Below, in pieces: positions 1 through 10,332 of a stretch of DNA of 64,000 bases. Positions within the stretch are counted from its first letter, which is position 1. The number at the start of each line of letters is the position of its first letter. This stretch comes from Rickettsiales bacterium. GTDB taxonomy: Bacteria; Pseudomonadota; Alphaproteobacteria; Rickettsiales; JABSSG01. The stretch spans positions 9,571 to 73,570 of the forward strand of contig JAGORE010000002.1 in assembly GCA_018062985.1 (NCBI GenBank), in the 5' to 3' direction. A model generated the notes under the pieces. The model worked only from the letters and a program-made list of their open reading frames with translations. It searched no databases and had not been told where the DNA came from. The position numbers were made by a program, and so were the translations under genes.

Positions 1-791
1 TCTTGAATTTTATAAGATTGTAGATACCCATCACTTTCTTTTGACACACCAAAAGTATATATTTTTGTGATATGCTTCTCTTTGGCACAATCAAGTAAAA
101 ATGGAGTGTACTCATTATCTTTATTTAAAAATACCACCCCGTCACTTGACATCCCTTGAAAGATCTCTGCCTTAGCCCTTGCTATATCTTTAATAGAATT
201 AAAATTCTCAAGATGAACAGCATAAATATTGGTGATAATTGCAATATCTGGTCTGACAACCCGAGAAATATTTGTCATCTCTCCAGAAAAACTCATGCCC
301 ATTTCGTAAATACCAAACTCAACATCTTGCGGCATTGAAGCAACAGCTACAGGAATACCTATCTGGCCGTTAAAATTTTTTGAAGTATAAAAAATATTGT
401 GCGACTTTTCTAACATTTGTCGTACTACTTCTTTAGTACTTGTTTTACCAACACTACCAGTAATACCAATAATTTTAGCCTTAGATCTTTGCCTATTAAA
501 TATCGCCATATCACTAACTGCTGACAAAACATCTTGTACTTTGATTATCTTATCAGCTGCTTTTAAATTATCAGGCATATGGTTGACAATTGCTGCACTA
601 CAACCTTTAGATAGAGCATCTTGTACATATTTATGACCATCTGTATTATTGCCAGCCAACGCAACAAATACACTGCCTTGCTCTACATCTCTGCTATCAA
701 ATACAAGTTTATTTCCATGACAATCACCATAAAGCTCACATTGCGTAGCTTTTTTTATATTGTTATTATCCCAAATATATTTTTTACTCAT
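1..791 (-). CDS. murF: UDP-N-acetylmuramoyl-tripeptide--D-alanyl-D-alanine ligase MurF, N-terminal ~263 aa (3' end beyond window edge)
   Basis: Not in the ORF track because it runs off the window. The minus frame is open from nt 1 to the ATG at 789-791. My translation MSKKYIWDNN...KIIGITGSVGKTSTKEVV...SKNFNGQIGIPV...RPDIAIITNI shows the Mur-ligase P-loop and the MurF NFNxxIGxP motif. The + ORFs 156..338 and 397..636 are its shadows. Confidence 0.85.
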   Translation of the reverse strand, partial: MSKKYIWDNNNIKKATQCELYGDCHGNKLVFDSRDVEQGSVFVALAGNNTDGHKYVQDALSKGCSAAIVNHMPDNLKAADKIIKVQDVLSAVSDMAIFNRQRSKAKIIGITGSVGKTSTKEVVRQMLEKSHNIFYTSKNFNGQIGIPVAVASMPQDVEFGIYEMGMSFSGEMTNISRVVRPDIAIITNIYAVHLENFNSIKDIARAKAEIFQGMSSDGVVFLNKDNEYTPFLLDCAKEKHITKIYTFGVSKESDGYLQSYKIQ

Positions 792-880
792 TAATACATA
801 AATTAATTAAATGTTAATCTATAAAATATTAGATAGCTAATAATAGCATACACATAAAATATAACTTTTTTACTTTACTA

Positions 881-1861
881 ATGCATAATATAAAAAATAT
901 ATTATTAAGACTTGTAAAGTTTGCCCAAAAACAAAACATTACTCAGTCAATTGCAAAAATCAATGCAAACATAAGTAGAACTGCTAAGTTCCACCCTCAT
1001 CTTCACTATTACACTGCAAATATATACTTATCATTAAGTCTTCTTAATTTGTTTCAAAAACAACACAGAAAAGCTCTAGATTACTGCAACCTGTCAATTT
1101 TTCATGACCCGCAATTCAGCATAACACAAAAACTGAAAAAGATACTCTCAAACAAAGAGCATCTATCTAAAGATGAATTAGAAAAGATAGTCACTAACAG
1201 TACAAAACTTAGCAGACTTATAAGCTGCTTTGATCATATAAAACTTTCTGATAACAATTACCCACAAAACCTTTATTGCCAATCAAACGATTATTTGCTC
1301 TTAGATAAACTAGACAAAGCCGAGATCACTCTAAAAAACTATATAAATACTCAGAATAAAAATAACTCAGCATTCTGTGACCTTGGTAGAATACTAATTC
1401 ATCAAAAAAAATATAAAGAGGCTATAAAACCACTACAAAAATCTATTGCATTATCTAAAAATAATTTCTTAGCATGTTTTTGGCTAGGAATAGCCTATAT
1501 CAGGCTTAACAAACACAAAATAGCAATTCAACATCTTACGACCGCTTTAACTATAATCAATTCAGAACACGACCAATATCATAAAAATTTTTCTCAACAA
1601 TATTATATAAGAGCCAGCCTACATCACAAACTTAATGAAACAGAATTATCTCTAAATGATCTAAATAAATCACTAGAACTAAATCATAGCAACGCCGATG
1701 CTTTATTCCTAAGATCTACAATCTCCATATCCAAAGCAAACATTATAGACGCTATCACAGACATAGATAAAATGGAAAAACATCATTCAAGCCACACTAA
1801 ACTAAAGAAATTAAAAATAGATATTCGAAAACTTGAAAAAGAATTACAAAACCTTAGCTAA
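881..1861 (+). CDS. TPR-repeat protein (hypothetical)
   Basis: 326-aa ORF. The C-terminal two thirds show 34-aa TPR-like periodicity ([56 protein letters not shown]...NADALFLRS). No signal peptide. The 3' end overlaps the convergent ABC ATPase by 18 nt. Confidence 0.6.
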   Translation: MHNIKNILLRLVKFAQKQNITQSIAKINANISRTAKFHPHLHYYTANIYLSLSLLNLFQKQHRKALDYCNLSIFHDPQFSITQKLKKILSNKEHLSKDELEKIVTNSTKLSRLISCFDHIKLSDNNYPQNLYCQSNDYLLLDKLDKAEITLKNYINTQNKNNSAFCDLGRILIHQKKYKEAIKPLQKSIALSKNNFLACFWLGIAYIRLNKHKIAIQHLTTALTIINSEHDQYHKNFSQQYYIRASLHHKLNETELSLNDLNKSLELNHSNADALFLRSTISISKANIIDAITDIDKMEKHHSSHTKLKKLKIDIRKLEKELQNLS

Positions 1862-2560
1862 GAAATCAACAGCTCTTTTTGTCTTTGGTTTCTTAAAGAA
1901 CTCCTCAGGAGTAGAATCTTCAACTATCTTGCCATGATCAAAAAATAATATTCTATCAGATGACTCTTTAGCAAAATTCATTTCATGAGTCACAATAATC
2001 ATGGTAATCCCGGTGTCTGTTAAGCCTCGTATTACCTCCAACACCTCTTTTACCATTTCAGGATCTAACGCAGAAGTCGGCTCATCAAATAACAATACTT
2101 TTGGCTCCATTGCCATTGCCCTTGCGATAGCAACACGTTGCTTTTGTCCACCAGATAAGCTAGAGGGATAGCAATTGCCAAATGCCTCTAAATGAACCAT
2201 CTTCAACAAATCTTTAGCTGCCTTTAACATTAGCGATTTACTTTTTTTCAAAACATTTACCGGCGCAAAAATAATATTTTCTAATACAGTCATATGTGGA
2301 AAAAGATTAAACTGCTGAAAGACCATACCAACATCTCTTCTGATAGAATCAGCATTAGGTTGATTCACCAATTGCCCATCAATCATTATTTGACCAGATG
2401 TAGGACATTCAATGTTATTGACACATCTAAGAAACGTAGATTTTCCACTACCTGATGGTCCTATTATAGAAACAGTTTCTACTTTCTTAAAACGTACAGA
2501 AATATCTTGCAATACGCATTTATCGCCAAAATATTTATATAGATTTTTTACTTCTATCAT
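1844..2560 (-). CDS. polar amino-acid ABC transporter, ATP-binding protein (GlnQ/ArtP/HisP type)
   Basis: Walker [10 protein letters not shown], signature [14 protein letters not shown], Walker [13 protein letters not shown]-loop IVTHEM. 4-nt overlap with the permease gene. Confidence 0.9.
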   Translation of the reverse strand: MIEVKNLYKYFGDKCVLQDISVRFKKVETVSIIGPSGSGKSTFLRCVNNIECPTSGQIMIDGQLVNQPNADSIRRDVGMVFQQFNLFPHMTVLENIIFAPVNVLKKSKSLMLKAAKDLLKMVHLEAFGNCYPSSLSGGQKQRVAIARAMAMEPKVLLFDEPTSALDPEMVKEVLEVIRGLTDTGITMIIVTHEMNFAKESSDRILFFDHGKIVEDSTPEEFFKKPKTKRAVDFLAKVL

Positions 2561-3207
2561 TCTACCCTTAACCTTCTCTCAAGATAATTAGCAAATATTG
2601 TAAAAATCATTACCAAGATGTAATAGCATATTGCGGCAATCATCATAGGAGTCAAGTAATCATAAGTTTCTGCCGAGATAATTTGAGCTCTTCTCATTAT
2701 ATCCATACCACCAATTACCGAAATAATCGCAGTTTCTTTTAACAAGTTGATAATTTCATTAACTAACGATGGCAAAATATTTCGCAAAGCTTGAGGTAAA
2801 ACAATATCTTTCATCATTAAAGCGTAAGGTATACCAAGAGCCTGCGCAGCTTCAAACTGACCTTTAGATACCGCTTGTATTCCTCCTCTTATATGCTCAG
2901 AAATATATGCAGCAGAGTTTAAAGAAAAAGCTATTATACCAGCTTGAAACACTGAAATCTGATAATCAAAAGCACCAGGAATAACAAAATATACTACACT
3001 AAGTTGCACTAATAGCGGAGTACCTCTAAAAAGAGAAATATATATCTTAGAGATATAATTCAACAATTTAATTTTACTAATTCTTGCAAGAGATAAACCG
3101 GCTCCAAGTAACAACCCTAACAACACAGATATTATTGTATATTCTAATGTAACAACACACCCTTGAATGATATAAGAAAGCTTCTCTGCATCTATTGAAA
3201 AATTCAT
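2557..3207 (-). CDS. polar amino-acid ABC transporter permease (His/Glu/Gln/Arg family)
   Basis: 216-aa multi-TM protein with the conserved permease loop ([29 protein letters not shown]). Lies in an operon between the binding protein and the ATPase. Confidence 0.85.
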   Translation of the reverse strand: MNFSIDAEKLSYIIQGCVVTLEYTIISVLLGLLLGAGLSLARISKIKLLNYISKIYISLFRGTPLLVQLSVVYFVIPGAFDYQISVFQAGIIAFSLNSAAYISEHIRGGIQAVSKGQFEAAQALGIPYALMMKDIVLPQALRNILPSLVNEIINLLKETAIISVIGGMDIMRRAQIISAETYDYLTPMMIAAICYYILVMIFTIFANYLERRLRVE

Positions 3208-3211
3208 ACTA

Positions 3212-3976
3212 CTAAAACAACCACTTCTCTTTTAAACTATCTAACTCCCCAGAATCTCTTAATGATATTAGCACTTCATTAAACTGATCCAACAATTCAG
3301 CCCCCTTAGGGAAAGCCACAGCATATCCCTGACCTCCGCTAGGGAATAAAGTGTACTCCATATCATTATGCCTATTCATATAAATTTTTGCTTGAGCTTC
3401 TTCTAAAAAGACCCCATCTAGCCTACCTAACTTTAACTCCTGCACTGCAGCTGAGCTCCGTACCAGCGGCACCAAGGTCACATTACTAATAACATTTAAA
3501 TCCTTTTGCTTGTTTAAAAAAGACTCCATTGTTGATCCTAATGATACCCCTATAATACTGTTATCAATATCTCTGTAGCTTTTTATAGGCTTATCCCGAC
3601 GATATAACATTGCAAATTGCGGCGTATAGTATTGTATTGAAAAATCAACTAGTTCCTTTCTTTCTGGAGTAGCAGTTAAGCCAGACATTACAAAATCTAC
3701 TTTTCCTGTACGCAACGCAGGAATCAGATCGTGCAAATCCATATTTTTTATATAAACAGAGTAACCCAATTTTTTTGCAATGATATGCGCCAAATCTATG
3801 TCAAACCCTCTTACTTTCTTATCTTTAATAAATTCAAAAGGTGGAAAGTCTGCCATTGTACCCATAATCAAAGTCTTTTTTATTAATTTACTCTCTGTGA
3901 CGTTATCATCACCACACCCAGAGACAAAAATGCTTATCGCTAAACACAAAACTATTCTCCATATTCTCATAAACAT
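3212..3976 (-). CDS. amino-acid ABC transporter substrate-binding lipoprotein (SBP family 3)
   Basis: The track ORF extends to 4045, but that would overlap folC. AGGAGG (3981-3986, minus) precedes the ATGs at 3976 and 3970. Lipobox-like signal MRIWRIVLCLAISIFVSGC. Family-3 motifs GFDIDLA, DFVMSGLTATPER. Confidence 0.8.
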   Translation of the reverse strand: MFMRIWRIVLCLAISIFVSGCGDDNVTESKLIKKTLIMGTMADFPPFEFIKDKKVRGFDIDLAHIIAKKLGYSVYIKNMDLHDLIPALRTGKVDFVMSGLTATPERKELVDFSIQYYTPQFAMLYRRDKPIKSYRDIDNSIIGVSLGSTMESFLNKQKDLNVISNVTLVPLVRSSAAVQELKLGRLDGVFLEEAQAKIYMNRHNDMEYTLFPSGGQGYAVAFPKGAELLDQFNEVLISLRDSGELDSLKEKWLF

Positions 3977-4013
3977 AACCCCTCCTAAGCGTTGTACAAA
4001 AAGATTAAATAAA

Positions 4014-5306
4014 TTAAATTTTATTTGCAACAAAAAAATCTGCAACCAAGAATAATGAACCAGTAATTAAAACACGCATTTTATCGTTGCCATATTTTTT
4101 TACTATATTATGCAATGCCGCAGCTATACTCTCTTCAGATGCTGAACTTACCCCAAGCTCAGTTAGGCGCTCTTCGATATACTCACCTCTGTAACTAATT
4201 GGCTCAGAATAAACTGGCACACCTACAACATACTCAATCGTATTAATAAAAGAATCAATAAAATCATTAATATTACGATTTTTTGTCATACCCAAAATCA
4301 AAACATTTTTATATTCTTTACTTTGATCACGTAACCACGAAGATATCACTCTTGCACCACCCTCATTATGGGCCCCATCAATCCACAACTCCCACTCTTT
4401 AGGTATATGTTTTATCAACTCACCTTGCACAATACGCTGCAAACGCCCCTTCCATTTAGCATTTGCAATCCCGCGCTTATAATCAATATCGTTAATTTTA
4501 AAATCAGATAAACAACCCACCGCAGCAATAGCCGTCGATGCATTAATAAATTGATGATACCCTTGCAATGATGGTTTAGCCAAATCTAGCACCATAGTGT
4601 CAGACATGTAAGTAAAGCCGTCATTCCTAATCTGACAACCAAAATCATATTCATATCTTAGTAACAGAGCATTCTGTAATTCAGCATACCTCTCTATTAC
4701 AGTATGAACCTGTGGAATCTGCATACTAACAACACAAGGAATATTTGGCTTGATAATGTGAGCCTTCTCATACGCAATCATCGATATATCATGACCTAGA
4801 ATTGCCATGTGATCAAAAGATATTGGCGTAATCACCGACACCAATGGGTTGGTAATCACATTAGTAGCATCCAATCTTCCTCCCAAACCAGTTTCAAGCA
4901 AAACCACATCTGCCTTTTCTCTGGCAAACGCAAGGAACGCTACAGCCGTAGTCCCTTCAAAAAATGAAACATCTATATTATTTCTCTCACTCACAATACG
5001 ACACTCTTCCAATAACGAATATAAATATCCATCTTCTATTTCCTTACCACACAACCTTATTCTTTCATTGTATCTTAATAAATGCGGCGAAGTATAAACA
5101 TGAACCTTTAGTCCTGCAGATTCAAGAATAGACTGGACAAATGCCACAGTGGACCCCTTACCATTAGTTCCAGCAAAATGAATTACTGGTGGCATTATCT
5201 TTTCCGGATTACCCAAAGCATCTAGCATCTTCGATATTCTTTCCAATCCATTTTTAATTACAACCTCGCCAACTCTTGGCCAATGTGGCAACGACACCAT
5301 AATCAC
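4014..5306 (-). CDS. folC: bifunctional dihydrofolate synthase / folylpolyglutamate synthase
   Basis: 430 aa. Mur-ligase-type P-loop HFAGTNGKGST, LLETGLGGRLDATN, DGAHN. Last gene of the folB-K-P-C string. Confidence 0.85.
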   Translation of the reverse strand: MIMVSLPHWPRVGEVVIKNGLERISKMLDALGNPEKIMPPVIHFAGTNGKGSTVAFVQSILESAGLKVHVYTSPHLLRYNERIRLCGKEIEDGYLYSLLEECRIVSERNNIDVSFFEGTTAVAFLAFAREKADVVLLETGLGGRLDATNVITNPLVSVITPISFDHMAILGHDISMIAYEKAHIIKPNIPCVVSMQIPQVHTVIERYAELQNALLLRYEYDFGCQIRNDGFTYMSDTMVLDLAKPSLQGYHQFINASTAIAAVGCLSDFKINDIDYKRGIANAKWKGRLQRIVQGELIKHIPKEWELWIDGAHNEGGARVISSWLRDQSKEYKNVLILGMTKNRNINDFIDSFINTIEYVVGVPVYSEPISYRGEYIEERLTELGVSSASEESIAAALHNIVKKYGNDKMRVLITGSLFLVADFFVANKI

Positions 5307-5309
5307 TTC

Positions 5310-6116
5310 CTATTGACAAATCTTTGCTAACACTCTTAGTATTCTTTGTGTTTCTTGAAAATTATGAACTCTAATATAATCGATATTCTTTTGAATTAAA
5401 AACGATGTAACCGCATGCGTCTCAGGATCTCTTTTAGCAGCACTTTCTTCACCAGAAACTGATAAGAAAGTTTTTCTTGAATGTCCAATTAATGTTTTTA
5501 TCCCCAAAGTATCTATTTGATCAAACACTTTAATGACATCTAAAGATTGTTCGATGCTTAAACCAAAACCTATACCAGGATCGAAGATAAGCTTCTCTTT
5601 TTTAATTCCATGTTTATTATATTTCCTTGTTTGTTCACTAATCCAAAGATTAAAAAACTCAACTAAATTTGTATTGCTAGGAAGAAATTTTGTTTTATCT
5701 ACAGGTACTGAAGTGCTAAAATAAAAACAATAGTACTTATTATAATCTCTAACAAGATCCAAAATTCGTGAATCCCTACCAAATTCTACATCATTGATCC
5801 AATCTAGATATTCTACAAAAGTGCTAATGGTTTCAAAATGTCTACTATCCAAACTTATTTTAATACCAGTATCTTTTATCATTTTTCTTATGTACGGCAA
5901 TATATCAGACAACCTTCTTATTTCTTCTTTACATGAAACAGCTGCCGCACCGGGTCTTGTTGACTCAGCACCAACATCTATTATATCCACATTAGCTGAA
6001 ATCATTGCATCTACAGATCTCTTTACAGATTCTAATGCTAAATTCTGCCCTCCATCAGAAAAGGAATCTGGCGTAACGTTTAATATCGCCATAATTTTAG
6101 GAATTTTATGCCCCAT
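5310..6116 (-). CDS. folP: dihydropteroate synthase
   Basis: IMAILNVTPDSFSDGG, DIIDVGAESTRPG, DPGIGFG, GHSRK motifs. The track start at 6170 lies deep inside folK, so an internal ATG (6116 or 6092) is more likely. Confidence 0.88.
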   Translation of the reverse strand: MGHKIPKIMAILNVTPDSFSDGGQNLALESVKRSVDAMISANVDIIDVGAESTRPGAAAVSCKEEIRRLSDILPYIRKMIKDTGIKISLDSRHFETISTFVEYLDWINDVEFGRDSRILDLVRDYNKYYCFYFSTSVPVDKTKFLPSNTNLVEFFNLWISEQTRKYNKHGIKKEKLIFDPGIGFGLSIEQSLDVIKVFDQIDTLGIKTLIGHSRKTFLSVSGEESAAKRDPETHAVTSFLIQKNIDYIRVHNFQETQRILRVLAKICQ

Positions 6117-6594
6117 ACTTCTCTCTGACAATTTCTTCAATTGTATAACCACAATATTTTCCTTTCCCATTATACTTCCATTGAGGCATCACTTCTTTAA
6201 GTGGCAGCATAACAAAATTTCGCTCTAACATTTCTACATGTGGAATGACTAATGATTCACTTTGAACTTGTAGCGTATCATAATACAAAATATCTATATC
6301 TATCTCACGCGGAGACCACTTTACTATAGATTTTCTACCAAGAAAACCCTCGATATCTTTGATATTTTTAAGCAACTCCTCTGGATTAAGATGTGTCTCT
6401 CCAACCACAGCACAATTTATATAATCCATATCCCAATCAACAGGAGCACCCGGCAAAAGCAAAGCTTTATTTTCGAATAATGTTGAACATACAATATTAG
6501 ATACAAGCTTTCTGTCTAATAATTCTCTTATAGCCAAAAACAGATTTTTATTTCTATCTCCCTTATTACTCCCCAAAGACAATGCAATTTTCAT
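6106..6594 (-). CDS. folK: 2-amino-4-hydroxy-6-hydroxymethyldihydropteridine pyrophosphokinase (HPPK)
   Basis: MKIALSLGSNKGDR..., PREIDIDILYY, VIPHVEMLERNFVMLPL. The likely start at 6594 directly abuts the folB stop (6591-6593). Confidence 0.85.
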   Translation of the reverse strand: MKIALSLGSNKGDRNKNLFLAIRELLDRKLVSNIVCSTLFENKALLLPGAPVDWDMDYINCAVVGETHLNPEELLKNIKDIEGFLGRKSIVKWSPREIDIDILYYDTLQVQSESLVIPHVEMLERNFVMLPLKEVMPQWKYNGKGKYCGYTIEEIVREKYGA

Positions 6595-6962
6595 AAACAC
6601 CCCAAAAACTCTATATATCGGCATGTGGCTTCTGCATCGTTACCATGAATAATATTGTGACATATCTTTTTTACAGAGACATTTACAAGCATTCCCTTAG
6701 ACACATGCGACTTTATTATTTTATATATTTGATAACACACATATTCTAGAAGCTTTATCTCGGTGTTACTAAACTCAGCACAAACTTCTTCAACGATTTT
6801 TTTATAACACACATATTCAAGACTATTATCGTTTATTTTAGATTGAATATCTTGATTATTCTGAAACTCAAACCTTACTTCTAAAGGTTGAATTTTCTTT
6901 CTTTCTTCAACAGTTACGCCAATATAAACATCCAAAATAAAACTTAAACCCGTACACAACAT
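6591..6962 (-). CDS. folB: dihydroneopterin aldolase-like protein (FolB family, divergent)
   Basis: 123 aa. The pattern IGVTVEERKKIQPLEVRFEF...(D)..EYVCY...LLEYVCYQIYKII...V.V.V.K fits the FolB/tunnelling fold. Sits at the head of the fol operon. Similarity is weak by eye. Confidence 0.55.
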   Translation of the reverse strand: MLCTGLSFILDVYIGVTVEERKKIQPLEVRFEFQNNQDIQSKINDNSLEYVCYKKIVEEVCAEFSNTEIKLLEYVCYQIYKIIKSHVSKGMLVNVSVKKICHNIIHGNDAEATCRYIEFLGCL

Positions 6963-7178
6963 TTGCCTAACCCGTACAAAAAACTATATAATTGTTATAA
7001 ATTAAAAACACTACAAACCAATTCTTTATTTTATATTTTTTATATCGACATTACTTTTTTAACTATATCCCCTTGTTTTTTTTAATATGAATACCTATCT
7101 TTACTTTACAAGTGTACTTCTTTTAACCATTGATTAACACACTCTATGCTATACTTATTAAAAATTTAAAAAGGTAAC

Positions 7179-8933
7179 ATGACAACTCTTGCTGCAACAC
7201 AACAACAGAAAGCCAATCCTCTTGTCCAAGGAATTAGAGATTGTAGAACTGCTTTCATTATAACATTTATGTTTGCATTTGGGGTCAATGTCTTAAACCT
7301 AATTACGCCATTATACTCTTTACAAGTATTAGATAGAGTGATAGGCAGCGGTAATGCACATACATTGTTAATGCTTTCAGTAATTATCTTCTTTATTTAT
7401 ATTTCACATACACTTTTACAAATAGCCAGATCTTTTGTGCTAATAAAAATAGGTGAATGGCTAGACAATAAAATATCACCACAGCTCTTTTCTCATGCTG
7501 TTGTAAACGCTTCAATAAAACAATCGATGGGCGGAAGCCAGATCATTCGTGAATTTAATACAATCAAAAGCTTTTTAACAAGCATAGGCATTAATAGTCT
7601 TTTTGATGCCCCATGGTCTGTTATATATATTGCCGTAATATTTATGATACATCCTTATCTTGGATGGCTTACTATATTTGGCGCAATCTTAATGCTCTTG
7701 ATGGCTTTTATTAACGCTGTGGCTATCAATTCAACTTTAGGATCATCTACAGATTATAACCTTCAGGGTCTACACATGGCAGAAATTGCTACCAGAAACG
7801 CAGAATCCGTCCAAGCCATGGGCATGATGGGCGCAGTAAGAAAGAGATGGGCAGCAATTAATAAGAAGGCACTAGATGCACAATCCGTAGCTAGCTACAG
7901 GAATGGTTTGATAACAAATGTCACTAGATTTATTAGAGCTATCATCGCTATGGCAGTAACTGGAATTGCCGCATATATTATTATCTCTACACACCCTCCG
8001 GAAATGACAGTTGGTAACATGATAGCCAGCTCTATAATGGTAAGCCGTGCACTGGCGCCTTTTGATCACGCTGTAGAAGTATGGAAACAAATAAGTAGTG
8101 CCCTTAAATCTTATAAGAAAATTAATTCCTCTTTGTCTCAAGAATTAGTGAGAACAGAAGGAATGTCTATTCCAAATCCTCAAGGTAGATTATCTGTAGA
8201 AAATGTATTCTTTGCACATCCACCAGCTTCTCCTGGAGAACAACCTAAATATATCCTCAAAGGTATGAATTTTACTTTAGAACCTGGTAAATCTCTAGCT
8301 ATTATCGGACCAAGTGCCGCAGGAAAATCTACCTTAGCAAGACTCCTTATTGGTGTATGGAAGCCTCTGTCTGGATACGTAAGGCTAGACGATGCAGATG
8401 TGTATGCCTGGAACAGAGAAGATTTTGGTAAACATTCTGGTTACTTACCACAAGGCGTCGAATTATTTAGTGGAACAATAAAAGATAACATCTCTAGAAT
8501 GATCGAAGATCCAGATCCAGCATTAGTGGTAGAAGCAGCAAAATTAGCTGGTGCACATGAAATGATCTCAAGAATGCCTAAAGGATACGAAACTGATATA
8601 GGTATCGCAGGATCATTGTTATCTGGTGGTCAAAGACAAAGAATTGGTCTGGCTAGAGCATTTTTTGGCAATCCGAAATTAGTAGTGCTAGATGAGCCAA
8701 ATGCAAGCTTGGACGACAAAGGTGAGCAAGCTTTAATTGAAGCGATTCATAATACAAAAAATAGAGGCATCTCCACAATATTAATTTCACACAGACCTTC
8801 TATACTATCATTTGTTGATATGATAATGATTATACAGGATGGCATGATTGTTGCATATGGACCAAAAGATGAGGTCTTAGCGAAACTACAAAACCAAGCA
8901 AAAAATCTTCAGGAAAAACCACAAAATCAATAA
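7179..8933 (+). CDS. type I secretion system ABC transporter (PrtD/AprD/HasD family, no C39 peptidase domain)
   Basis: 584 aa with an N-terminal 6-TM domain that begins directly, without a peptidase or CLD. GPSAAGKST, LSGGQRQRIGLARA, VVLDEPNASLD. Followed after 10 nt by the HlyD-family gene. Confidence 0.85.
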   Translation: MTTLAATQQQKANPLVQGIRDCRTAFIITFMFAFGVNVLNLITPLYSLQVLDRVIGSGNAHTLLMLSVIIFFIYISHTLLQIARSFVLIKIGEWLDNKISPQLFSHAVVNASIKQSMGGSQIIREFNTIKSFLTSIGINSLFDAPWSVIYIAVIFMIHPYLGWLTIFGAILMLLMAFINAVAINSTLGSSTDYNLQGLHMAEIATRNAESVQAMGMMGAVRKRWAAINKKALDAQSVASYRNGLITNVTRFIRAIIAMAVTGIAAYIIISTHPPEMTVGNMIASSIMVSRALAPFDHAVEVWKQISSALKSYKKINSSLSQELVRTEGMSIPNPQGRLSVENVFFAHPPASPGEQPKYILKGMNFTLEPGKSLAIIGPSAAGKSTLARLLIGVWKPLSGYVRLDDADVYAWNREDFGKHSGYLPQGVELFSGTIKDNISRMIEDPDPALVVEAAKLAGAHEMISRMPKGYETDIGIAGSLLSGGQRQRIGLARAFFGNPKLVVLDEPNASLDDKGEQALIEAIHNTKNRGISTILISHRPSILSFVDMIMIIQDGMIVAYGPKDEVLAKLQNQAKNLQEKPQNQ

Positions 8934-8943
8934 GCTATAATGT

Positions 8944-10332
8944 ATGACTGAAAATTCTAAGAAAAATATAAAAGACGTCTCCGAAAAAGAAAATTCATCA
9001 CAAGAAAAAAAGACAAATAATGTCAAATACCAATATTCAGTAAAACTAAGCGCTGATCGTCCAGAACAACATAAAGAACCACAAGAACGAACAGAAAAAG
9101 TTGTAAAAGAAACAACAGATAAAGACACAAAAGAAGTCATTGGGAAAATTGCCACAGCTAAAATTGCTGCAGATCAGGTGAATAAAAACACTACAATTTC
9201 CTCTATTGCTCCTCAAAGAAATCTACCAGCAAAACTGCAAAATAATACACTAGTAACCTTAGGTAAGGTTTCTATTCATGGCTTAACTATTGGCGCTAAG
9301 AGCCTTCTAAAAGCCGGCGATCTTTTGATCTCTCTGATCGTATCTAAGAACCACAGAATAGGAGACGATGTAGTCAACAAAGCCAGACCGCCTATTGTTT
9401 TTGGCATCTGGGTCATTATTGTTACGTTTCTTATTGCTGGTATATGGTCAGGATTTGCACCGTTAGATAGCTCAGCTGGAGCCCAGGGATTTGTTGTGGT
9501 AGCATCAAAAAAACAAATTATACAACATAGAGAAGGTGGTATAATAGAGGCCATATATGTCAAAGAAGGGGAAAGCGTACAAGCTGGCCAGCCATTAATT
9601 AAATTAAGCGACAAATCTGCCAAAGCACAATTAGAAGCTTTGTTGATCCAGAAAGAATCTTTCTCTAAACAACTGTCATTAATTCAATCGCAGCTAGAAT
9701 CTTTGAATAATCTATATGAAAAAGGTTTTATACAAAAAGATAAAATAATTCAAATTCAGTCACAAGAAGCCCAAGCTTTAGGACATATCGGTGAAATAGA
9801 TGCACGCATTCTAACCTCAGAAGAAGCTCTAGAAAGAATTACAATCAAAGCCCCTGTTGCTGGCACAGTGAACCAACTTCAAGTTCATACAATTGGAGGT
9901 ACAGTAGGCTCAGGTATGACATTAATGACAATCATCCCAAAAGAGGATGATCTCATAGTAGAAGCTTACTTAGCACCACAAGAAATAGAATCAGTCTATG
10001 TTGGGTTACCAGCAAAAGTTAGAATAAGCGCCTTTAAAAGTCGTACTACAGCGCCATTAAATGGCATAGTAACCTTTATTTCTTCAGACGTTGTAGAACC
10101 GCCTCAATATCAGGCGCAAGAAATGCAATTATTCCAACATCGTGGCCTACATTATAAAGTAAAAATCTCAATTGATAAAAAAGAGCTACGTAACATTTCT
10201 AAATATAAAGACCTAGAACTATATCCAGGAATGGTTGCGGAAGTAATGATTGTCACAGGAGAAAGAACGTTATTACAGTATTTACTAGACCCTGTAACAA
10301 ATACATTCTGGCACGCATTCGTTGAGAAATAG
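8944..10332 (+). CDS. type I secretion membrane-fusion protein (HlyD family) with long K/E/T-rich N-terminal region
   Basis: 462 aa. Single TM at ~aa 150-171 (PPIVFGIWVIIVTFLIAGIWSGF), then a lipoyl/coiled-coil/beta-barrel pattern (VKEGESVQAGQPLIKL...IKAPVAGTVNQLQVHTIGG...PGMVAEVMI). The start is uncertain; in-frame GTG/TTG codons exist downstream. Confidence 0.85.
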   Translation: MTENSKKNIKDVSEKENSSQEKKTNNVKYQYSVKLSADRPEQHKEPQERTEKVVKETTDKDTKEVIGKIATAKIAADQVNKNTTISSIAPQRNLPAKLQNNTLVTLGKVSIHGLTIGAKSLLKAGDLLISLIVSKNHRIGDDVVNKARPPIVFGIWVIIVTFLIAGIWSGFAPLDSSAGAQGFVVVASKKQIIQHREGGIIEAIYVKEGESVQAGQPLIKLSDKSAKAQLEALLIQKESFSKQLSLIQSQLESLNNLYEKGFIQKDKIIQIQSQEAQALGHIGEIDARILTSEEALERITIKAPVAGTVNQLQVHTIGGTVGSGMTLMTIIPKEDDLIVEAYLAPQEIESVYVGLPAKVRISAFKSRTTAPLNGIVTFISSDVVEPPQYQAQEMQLFQHRGLHYKVKISIDKKELRNISKYKDLELYPGMVAEVMIVTGERTLLQYLLDPVTNTFWHAFVEK

